From NCBI GenBank assembly GCA_024704765.1, contig JAKMXF010000064.1:1-40122 (forward strand): a stretch of DNA of 40,122 bases, read 5' to 3'. Shown piece by piece: positions 11,889 to 21,639 of the stretch. The translations under genes and the position numbers were made by a program. Under the pieces are notes generated by a model. That model saw nothing but the letters and a program-made list of their open reading frames with translations, did no database searches and had not been told where the DNA came from. Origin of the DNA: Oopsacas minuta (lineage: Eukaryota > Animalia > Porifera). The stretch's first letter is position 1. Every line of letters starts with the position of its first letter.

Positions 11889-13620
11889 CTCGGCGTATTG
11901 CTCATACTTGTTGCTCGAAAATGGGAGTGGGATTAGTCCATTCTCAGAACATACTCAAAATTTAATTGTTAACAAAGAAACTGAATTGTATGATATAGAA
12001 AGAAATACACGATAACTCAGGCCACCAATGCGACCGCTATACATATAAAATTGGAAAATATCTATATTTTTGGCCACGTATGTTGAAGGATATTTCGTTT
12101 TACGTTCAAAATTGTGCTCATTGTTGTACAAAGAATCAACCATGCCTAAAAACACCTGCAACTCCTCAACAAACTTTGCCTGTGATCGCAAAAATTCGGT
12201 TCCGAATGGGCATGGATCTAACAGGTCAACTGATAGACTCAAATGGTTTTAAATATATCTTATCGGTAATTGACCATTTACTAGATGGCTTGAAACGCGT
12301 CCTCTTCGTTGTAAAGAGGCTCAATAAGTTGCTGGTGGTTTATATACTATTTACTGCAGGCAGGGGACACTAGTCAAGATAATCAGCGATAACAACACCG
12401 AATTCACTAACCAGTTATTTAAACATTGCATCAAGTTTATAATTGTAAATTAATACTTTCAACACCTTATCACCCTCAGACCAACTGGCATGTTGAATTA
12501 TCGCACAAAGCATTGAAACGTTGCTCGTTAAAGCTTTGTGCGAAAAGGGAGAATTGGTACAATCATTTAGATGAAATTACATTCTCGCTCAACATAAGAC
12601 CTCGCCATACCACTCACTTATGGATATTCGAACTAATGCTGGTTCGAGAAAACCTCGCCTTTCTATCCAGGCTGAAAACCTTGCATTATTGAATCCTGAC
12701 GTAAGATCTTCAACTCTTGATGAGTGGCCTGCAGAGGATGATATCATTTCATGAATATCGAAAAGGGAGATGAACTACTGATTGAAAATACTTGACTCAA
12801 GAAGAAGGGTGGAAAATTGGAATATAAGTGGAATGGCCCATATCTCACTGGTAAGGTTAACCCAACCGAATTCAACCAATGTTCGAATAGTTAAAAACAA
12901 AAGATCACAGCGTGTGAAGCGATCCAATGTAAAAATTTGGAAGAAAGCAATAACCGATGCTAAGAAATGCATAATCGATTCGAATTCAGAACGAGAACAT
13001 AGTCCGAAAACAGATGAAGAGATACAATTACATTCCAGATATTTCCTTTCTTATCTTTGTCAGCCAAATGTCAATTCTGGACACAATATCCAATCAATTA
13101 TAATTATTAATCAAACAGTATCTAATTGGCAAACATCACAAGATGCAAGTAATGCTGAAAATATGTGAGTTACTTATAATGGCCATTTCAATGGAGTTAA
13201 ATTGGTCAACACTTGCTCAGTGGACAATTTCTTCACACTTTTAAGCCTGAACAAAGATAATATACTGGAAACAGTTCATCTAGCAGGAGAAGCTCCAAGC
13301 AATAGTCTTATTTCTATCTTCACAACAAAATTTAGATGAACTTAGAATGTGGGTAGCTTATCAGCTAAGAATACCTCTAATCAATAATGAATACAACATA
13401 TTTGGTTCTGAAGTGGACATTGTCAAACTTTTGCAAAACCTTACAATTTTGCCAGGATATTTACAAAATTGTATTTCTGTCATAGGAGATGTTGTCAATC
13501 GGGAGATGTTGGCGATTTGATGGTATATGGCTTCAATACAGTTTTTAAGTGAATTGTGTGACTTCAACAAATTATAACTGACATGCTTCGATCGTCGTAC
13601 GATCGTACGATAGCACGATT
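11889..13620 (+). mobile_element. Decayed Gypsy-type/Ginger1-like integrase element (H2C2-rve-GPY/F) with the N-terminal half of a USP-like domain
   Basis: IHDNSGH..FWPRMLKDISFYVQNCAHC (zinc finger), RMGMDLTG..YILSVIDH, IISDNNTEF, STPYHPQTN.HVE, KWNGPY (GPY/F motif near 12830). Many frameshifts and stops. No RT, RNase H, LTR or TIR seen. Confidence 0.8.
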
Positions 13621-13669
13621 CCACAAATAAATAATAAACCTAAAATGTTTTTTTTAATTTATACTTAAA

Positions 13670-16474
13670 ATGACTGAAAATTACCACAGAAAGAATTCGA
13701 TGCAGTAGTGAAGTTAAAGATGAAGAATCCACAATGTCGTGTCTGGACCAAGTTCGAAATACAAAAGAAGATCGACATATTGGATTCTGGCCCCAAGACA
13801 AAAAGAGATGAGCGTTCAGTGCAAAGTTTCCATCTTATAGAGGTAAGCAATGTAAAAGAACTACGATACATTGACCCATACTCGAAAGTAACTACAAACC
13901 GATCACTTATAGTAGTTTCGTTTGAGAACTTATTTGATAAAATTAATTGGTGTTGGGAGCAAACTGGCTATGGAGGATGGAATTCCTTACATACCAAAAT
14001 CAGAGAACAAGGGTATTTCATAAATATTGAATTGGTAAAGATATTTCTTTCGCAAAGTCCCGCACATCAAGGCAGAATAATGAAAAATCACAGAAGTCGC
14101 TGGTAACCAAACCAATCTTGTCTGACGAATTTGGAAATAGAGGTCAAGTTGATCTCATTGATATGAGAAGTAATCCTGATGGTGAATATAATTGGATACT
14201 CAACTATCAAGATCATTTTACAAAATGGATAATGTTACGCCCATTGAAGAGAAAATGTGCTGTAGAAGTAGCTTCTACTTTGGTAAGTGTTTTCTATACT
14301 TTGGGTGCTCCGTGTATTTTACAAAGTGACAACGGAAAAGAATTTGATAACCATCTGTTGTTAGTTACTTTAAATCAATTATGGCCACCAACAAAAATAA
14401 TTCATGGTAAACCACAACACCCACAATCGCAAGGCTCTGTTGAGAGTGCTAACAAGCGGGTGGAAAATATTCTCACAAGTTTGCTTGATAAATTTCAACA
14501 TTCAAATTGGGTAAGTGAATTAGAAAAAGTCGCTTACATGAAAAACACTACTGTACACAGCGTTCGTAAGAACAGTCTCTATCGAATCCTATATAACAGA
14601 GATCCCCCAGAGGATTAGGTGATTTCCATTTGCCAGAAGAATTGCACCGTTCTATTAATGACATCGAAGATATTAAAGTATTGAACCCTGATATCGGCAA
14701 TGAACCAGGTGATCAATTAGAGAACATTCTGGAATCTCATAGTGACACAAGTATGATGAAAGAGGAGTATGAGACTGAATTTGACTCGGATGAGTATGAC
14801 ATTGAAATGAATATTGATGCGAAGAGTTTAGGAGCAAGTGTTTATACGCATCCTGATAGTAGAACGTGCAAAGTTTGTAAGTTATCGGTTGGAGGAGAAA
14901 GAGTGTTTTGTGATGGGTGCAGTTCAATCGGGCACAAACATTGCTTCATCACACTATCACCGCTAAGAGGACAGTCTCGTAAGTATACCAATTGTAAGAA
15001 GTTGCAATGTACAGGGAAATTACAGCATAAACAAACTCAGCTTGCTGTACAACGAGCACAAAAGGTTCAGGCAGACAAGATGCTTCTTAACACAGCTCTA
15101 ACGCTTCCTCTACTGAGTTTGGGGATAATGTAAGGGTACCTATCCCCAAAGTAGACAAAGGAAAACTAGGTCCAAATCATATTTTAGGCGTGATAACCAA
15201 AGTGTCAAACAACTCATACCGTGTAGGAACTGAAAAGGGAATTTTAGACCAGAATTATTCGAGGGGCGAGATCGCACTTTGGACAGACTCATCCTATCTC
15301 TAAGTGTTCAAGATATACCTACTACAGAAATCAAAATGCATACAATTGCTGATTTTCTTTCTCGTTGTAGAAAAAACAAATGTCTATGTAGAGGAAATTG
15401 TGCAACGAAACATTGTCCTTGTAAAGTCAGTGGTTGCTATTGCACTTCTGGGTGTCATCCAAAATCTAATTCCACGTGTAAAAATTCTGATAATAGGAAA
15501 GCTTTACTAGGATCACACAAGTTGAAATCTAAAGTAACATCTACAATTCGCAAAAAGTCTCCGAAAAAGTCACATTCATCCACAATCCCACTCGGTGAAG
15601 TCATAAACAAGAATATTCTAGAGAAATCATCTCATTGCTATTCCCTAAACGTTCACTTAGGTGAAATACTTGATCTTGCTCCATCTCTTACTCAATTAGA
15701 AACTCTTTGTGTTATGTGGGGAGGTGAATATAACGGAATACAATTAATAAATACATGTCCTATCGACAATTTTCTCACTCTAATTAGTTTGCAGATCGAT
15801 CCTATTGGGGCAGCATTCGGATACCTACAGAAAGAGCTGGGTACTGAAATAAACGAGTTCTTAACGAAAATACAGCTTGGAAAATTTGATTTATTACGTT
15901 ATATAGCCTATCAAAAGAGATGCGAATTCTGGAAAACTTCTTTGCAGTTGACTTTTATGGATCGGAGTATACAATGGTAAAATATTTAACTAACTTTGGA
16001 TTAAGTTGCATGAAGTATAAATATCAGATGAAGTGTTCGGGCTGCTCTCAAGAAATTTCTAAGATAATTAACGTCACCACATTCGATAAATTCACAAACA
16101 GCTGTCAAATTACCATCGAAGGTAAGATTACCGCTCTCTTATGTAAAATATGCAAGCGTCAAAATGAAGTTATACAATTACAAGGAGATTTTATCCAATA
16201 GTCTCCATTACTAATTTTAGAATTGGGCAACCTTAAAGTTCTGGAAGAGAAAACTGAGGAAAATATTCAGATAATTCATGAAGACAAACTCCAACACTTT
16301 AAGTTCCTTGGGTATACACTTCTTTTCGGTAATCATTTTACCCTAAAAACTGTTATTGGAAAAAATCATTACCATTACGATGGAATGAAAAACAAGAAAA
16401 TAATATCTGAAGAAGATTCAAATCTACCACGAAACATGAAAGTCAATTTTGCAGTANAATATACCATTCAATAG
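13670..16474 (+). mobile_element. Decayed KRBA2/SCAND3-type (Ginger2/TDD-like) DDE integrase element with PHD-like finger, CXC cluster and C-terminal USP-like protease domain
   Basis: RGQVDLIDM..ILNYQDHFTK..LRPLK..GAPCILQSDNGKEF..HGKPQHPQSQGSVESAN (family hallmark). Then CKVC..CDGC..GHKHC, then GDNVRVPIPKVDKGK, then CLCRGNCATKHCPC..CTSGCH, then the protease-like region. Broken by about 5 frameshifts and 2 stops. Termini not identified. Confidence 0.85.
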
Positions 16475-16715
16475 CAAATATGCGACTTACTATTACCAAA
16501 TAATATATATAAAGGGGCTAAGTCAAAGGAATTTGAAAATTCGGACAATATAAAATCAATTTTGCGAAAGTGAGACAGCAAAAATATAAAACCGCAAGGG
16601 TCAAATCGAAATATTTTTCAAATTTAAGTCTCGCATTTTCCTAGAAAATGGTAAAGGCAACTTTTCCCTTAGGTAGAAGTTGAACCGACGATTTATACTT
16701 TTCTCGATCCGGCCT

Positions 16716-16862
16716 ACTCCAGATAACTAATGTATTAGCAGACTAGGGTTTGGGGGGGAGTTCAAACTAATAAGCAAACCAAATAATACAGTGTTATATA
16801 CGGCCAAAAATCACTAAAATTTTTAGCCCGGCAGGATCGATTACTAGTGCCATTTAAACAAA
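16716..16862 (+). repeat. Dispersed repeat (~145 bp), second copy at 21418..21561
   Basis: actccagataactaatgtatta.cagacta.ggtttgggg..aagcaaaccaaataatacagtgttata..tcactaaaatttttagcccggc..gattactagtgccatttaaacaaa is present at both loci in the same orientation. Confidence 0.9.
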
Positions 16863-17044
16863 TTGAATTAATTGGAAAAGCCGTCGGCACAGGTAATTTT
16901 GGATATTTTAGTTTATATCAGATTTCTTTGATGGAAGTAATTATTATTACAGAACCATACTGTTTGTAACCAATTCAATGTTAAGTTTATATTTACTATT
17001 TCTCGTATTTATTATATTTTCAGATTATTTTCGCGATTTCTATA

Positions 17045-18288
17045 ATGGCTAGTGTTAGCACCACTCAATTTGATGAGAGTTTCCATCTCAGGTAGAGAGA
17101 GTCCGCAGAGAAATCACTGGGAGATTCATTAGTGCACACAAGGTTCTGGAAGACAGAGAGAGGGAGACCTCTTAGCAGAATTACAAGACTTATTAGATTA
17201 TTATACTGGAGAGGGAGTAGAAGAGGAAAAGAAACAAATGGTGGCCTCCAAAGAACTGTTGTCTGCTCTAAAAGGAAACACGGGGAAAGATGTTCTAGAT
17301 CAGAGTGTTGCTCTCATGGATGAAAGAATTAATGAATTGGAGAGCGAACTCGCGACAGTTCGACTTACCTATAAAAATGTGGGCTTGGAATGGGATGAGT
17401 TGTTGGAGAAGAAACTTGGAGAAACTGGTAGAGTACGACTTAATCCCAGGAAGAGCAAGAAACCAGACTACAAGATGTCTCAACCTGTAGAGGTGTTTGG
17501 GAGACATAGTAAAAATGAAAAATCATCTGGTGTGTTTTGTTATCCTGTTAGTATGGCTATAGATCCTGTGACGAACTATATCTACATATGTGATAGAGAA
17601 TTGGATAGAGTACAGGTATTCAATAGTTCTTATGATTTTGTATTCTTATTCGGTCACAAGATGGGTGGTCCATATGGTATATGTATAGCACAGGACAAGG
17701 TATATGTAATACAGTATCGTAGCTGTTGTATGAATGTATATTCTATGAGAGGGCAGTTATTGCATTCTATCGGTGGTGAAGGAAGGAAGGAAGGAATTGG
17801 AATTTGACGGTCCATTAGGCATAGATATCTCTATTTATAAGAATAGCATTTATGTTACGGAATCCTATAATGATAGAGTTCAATGCTTGAACTTAGATCT
17901 GTCATCTAATTCTTTCATTCCTTCTATTAATGGACCTAGAGATGTTAAACTAACCTCCACTGAGGTTGTTGTCCTGTGTGGTAGTGATCCTTGCTTGATT
18001 ATTTATAATTATGCTCACGAATCAATTCATCATATGATTACTAAAGGAGTAGGGAAACTAGTAATATATCCAGCTCGTTTATTCGTGGATGAATCTGGTA
18101 ATATTCTTATTACTGACTATGATGCTCATTGTTTATGTGTGTTTTCACATGAAGGGGAATTAATACACAAGATAGGAAAGGAAGGCAAGAGAGGAGAGTT
18201 TATCGAACCCGCAGGAATATGTATAAACCAGGAAGGGAGGCTTCTAGTATCATCTAATAATCTTAACCATGCTATAAAGATATTCTAA
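17045..18288 (+). pseudogene. NHL-repeat (beta-propeller) protein with N-terminal coiled coil, no RING/B-box; frameshifted
   Basis: FCYPVSMAIDP..IYICDRELDRVQVF, FDGPLGIDI..NDRVQCL, GEFIEPAGICINQEGRLLVS. A reading from ATG 17045 needs frameshifts near 17090, 17165 and 17790. Confidence 0.8.
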
Positions 18289-19930
18289 TTTTATCATTTC
18301 CCTTGAACTTTTCTCGTTTGTTGCTACTTTTTAGTATCTTTACTATTGTCTATTCCTTTAATAATAATATTAGTGCTATTTTCTTATATTCTATATTCTT
18401 GCTAATTACGTAATTTTATAGTTTAATTATTAAATTTTTTTGTTATTAGCTTTATAACTCAAATATTTCATAAACATTACTTAGTATGACAGATAAATCT
18501 ATTTTAGTAACACAACTTCAACAATCTCATTCTACAGGTATTTACTATATTTATATTATAAGTAGGAATATAGGAATAGGACAGCTAATAGTGGCGGTTA
18601 CAAGGGGTGGGGGCGAAATCTCAATATTTAGAAGATTGAATATACAAAGACCCACGTGTTACAGTGCAACCTCTATAATTATAAGCGGGCAATTTTCTCC
18701 CACCTCAAAATCTCAGCGTAAGGATTTTTACATTTGAAATAATCGATTGGGAGTTTTCTGTAGATCTGACCCAACCTTCTTCAATTATAGAGCTACTGTA
18801 TGACAAATTTAATGTTATTCGCAGCTAAGGAATATTTTTAGCGAAAGTAGAAACGTGAAAATTTTGGATATTTACCTACCACACCGTGACACTAATTTAC
18901 TGATTTATACTCAAATTTGAGGAGACGAGCGTGTTGTGAATAACTTGATAAATTCGCAGGATTGAAGAAATGACCGTTACACCATTCATTCAGATATGAC
19001 AATTCACTATTTATAATATATAGAAGCTTTGCTAAAATTATTTCCCTGTATAGAATCTGTCAATCCAGATATTGAAAGACTACAATCTACTCAGGCTTTT
19101 AGATTACAGGAAAAAGGTTTATATAAGATGAAAAGAAAAGAATTCAATCTAAAATAGAAGCTATTGCATTAGGACAGCAAGAACAGAATAATACAATTGT
19201 ACACGATAACACATCTTATGTTAGTATTGTAACAATTCTTCTAATTGAGAAATCCGTTTATTAGCAATTTTTGAATTGTAAATGGTTTGCATAAATCCAA
19301 ATTCAAGGAAATCCATGCAAATACGATTAGTCAATAGACAAACTCATTGGTACTTGATTCTCTTCTCGCCATTTATTTGATTGGCATATTTAGAAAAAGC
19401 AGAAAATAGACGGAAGAAGAAACGAGTTAAAGGAGAAGAACCAAATAGTTTAAACCAGAAGTCCCTGAAGTAGATATTGAGTAAGTTTAATACGAATTTT
19501 CCTAATAAGACAAACAAATATTTACACAAAACCATTTGTTGAAATGGGCAATTTGGGTGTCAGAATTCAGTAATAAATACGTTTACAATAACGATTTTCC
19601 TAGAAATGTTATCTACCGTACTCAGTTGATAGTTTATTCATATTTGAAATTTTATCCTTTTAGGTATATTTCTGAAACAATCTTAAAATGAGTCCGAGCT
19701 GCCTCCCGCTCCCTGTCTGTCTACTGACAGTTGACAAATTGCATAACAAAATTTTCTACACATTATCCTCTTAATTAATGTTTGTATACTGTACAATCGG
19801 TTATCTGAACACCCTCGTCTTGGAATTCAAGATTTGTTTTCGGATTAGTGAAATAGTGTATTTTGATATATGAAATGCACAGCTCGAGGATATACGGCAT
19901 ATGGAATTGTGGATTTTGTAAATTGGAGTA

Positions 19931-20054
19931 CAGCAGACTCAGCTTAATAGGATCACATCTGGACTAGGCCATTTTGACCCGATTAAGCTGAATAAAATAA
20001 CTCTATTTGTATGATTCTGTTTGACCAAATAACCCGATTAAACAGAGTCTACTG
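19931..20054. mobile_element. 124-bp pogo/Tigger-like MITE
   Basis: TA|CAGCAGACTCAGCTTAATAGG ... CCCGATTAAACAGAGTCTACTG|TA: imperfect ~22-bp TIRs with TA on both sides. A further solo right end (..ATAATCGAGAGTCTACTG|TA) ends at 20220. Confidence 0.7.
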
Positions 20055-20619
20055 TACTTGACTACATATTTCTTGACTTAACATCGCCACATCATTTGAT
20101 AAATTAGTGCAAAAGGAGTCTGAAGCTCCTTACTCGGACGAAATTTGGACGATTTTCAGTGATTTTTCTCAAAAGCATATATTTTTCCAGCTCGAGTGCG
20201 GGATAATCGAGAGTCTACTGTACTTGTTATTTTATTCTACATTTATTCCAGCGATTGAAGAAATATGAAGGTCGAATGATATTGTTCCCAGTGAACAAGA
20301 AGAAGCCCAAACCAGGAGATAGTAGTCAGAAGGAATGTGACACTGCTCTACAGCTCAAAAGAAAACGACTCCTCCCTCTCGCTACACAGAAAAAAAAACA
20401 CGAAAAATCCCGAAAAGTCTCAAGCGAGTCCATGCGTTTGGAGTGCTCCGACAGGCTAGGATGGAAGAGAAAAATGTAGGGAGGGAAGCTATAGAGGCAG
20501 CTAGAGCTGAGAAGGGATTAGCACAAAAGGGTAAGGGCAAAGGAAAGAAGAAATGATTATTCTATACAGATTGTTGCTTAGGATTTGTAGTAGAATTGTT
20601 AAGTTGGTTTAGTATTAAT
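20007..20619 (+). repeat. Left arm of ~613-bp inverted duplication (partner 25835..26447)
   Basis: Near-identical to the reverse complement of 25835..26447; about 6 substitutions counted by eye. Confidence 0.95.
20250..20556 (+). pseudogene. RPL13: Orphan last exon of 60S ribosomal protein L13 (eL13), frameshifted in an A9 run
   Basis: After acceptor ttattccag|: RLKKYEGRMILFPVNKKKPKPGDSSQKECDTALQL, then in the shifted frame KIPKSLKRVHAFGVLRQARMEEKNVGR..GKGKKK*. Compare human RPL13 [38 protein letters not shown]. Confidence 0.8.
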
Positions 20620-21228
20620 TATTATCTGTCGAGTTATGCAATTTTGTGTAATGTAATTAGTGAATTAAATATTAGGGAAATCTGTAAATTCTAATGAAAG
20701 GTCTGTCACGAATATTTCAGTGATTTTTGTCCCGTAAAACACTGAATTATTTGGTTTGCTTTTTAGTTTGACCTCCTCCCCATGATATGGAAAATTGTAT
20801 ATAGCTATACTAAATGTTACTAGGGAGACAGATTCGGACTTGTAATTGAATATATATTGTAAATCAAAACTGCCATTACGTGCCTGTTGTGGAACTCATG
20901 TATACCAAATTTCCCTTTTTGACATTGGTTGAGTTGGGTGGGAGTATTATTACAGTTTAGAATCGCCTGTGACAGAATCTCTCCAATTCTCTAGTCAGAA
21001 ATTCATTACCTTTCTCTAGTCAGAACTTCATTATCTACACACAACTTCTCTAACTCTCTAGATTGACATCTTGTATTTGCAGATGCAAAATAGATAATTA
21101 ATTCCTTAAGTAATTCCTGAATTATCTTTGTGTTCACATGTTAAACACCAGTTCCAATCCATATACTAGCTAGATATAAATCATTTACAAGTCCGAATTT
21201 GCCTGTTTTAGTACCATTTAGTATAGCC

Positions 21229-21561
21229 AGTGGCGTATCCAGGAGGGGATTTGGGTGTTCAAACATCCCCCCATAACTGGTTTCCAAAAGGGATGTGTTG
21301 TTATTTATAATTCGATTTTCCTTAATAAGAGCATAGCTTTTGGAATATTATTTACAGAATGCTATCCAATTTTCACAATTATTTTTTCAACGAGTTTACC
21401 GAACGATATCTCAGAAGACTCCAGATAACTAATGTATTAACAGACTAAGGTTTGGGGAGGAGATCAAACTAAAAAGCAAACCAAATAATACAGTGTTATA
21501 CGGCCGAAAATCACTAAAATTTTTAGCCCGGCGGAACGATTACTAGTGCCATTTAAACAAA
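21229..21561 (+). mobile_element. Partial GC-rich MITE-like repeat starting CAGTGGCGTATCCAGG
   Basis: This terminus type is common in hAT-derived MITEs. Its reverse complement CCTGGATACGCCA is at ~256-268, and the 3' part is shared with 16716..16862. No complete element delimited. Confidence 0.4.
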
Positions 21562-21639
21562 GTTAACTCAGGTGAATATACGTATAGGATAATGGGATTA
21601 TTATTTGTATTTCATACATAATTGAGAGATGTATAATAA

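Noticed and set aside
11889-13620. Full LTR retrotransposon
   Set aside because: No gag, protease, RT, RNase H or LTR pair visible; only integrase and downstream domains.
18940-19450. Coding-like stretches (IEALLKLFPCIESVNPDIERLQ.., AYLEKAENRRKKKR..)
   Set aside because: Short, interrupted by stops, and no family recognised; checked as possible upstream RPL13 exons and they do not match.
20255-20479. Twin 74-aa basic ORFs as a novel small-protein pair or toxin-antitoxin-like system
   Set aside because: They are frameshifted RPL13 exon copies inside an inverted duplication.
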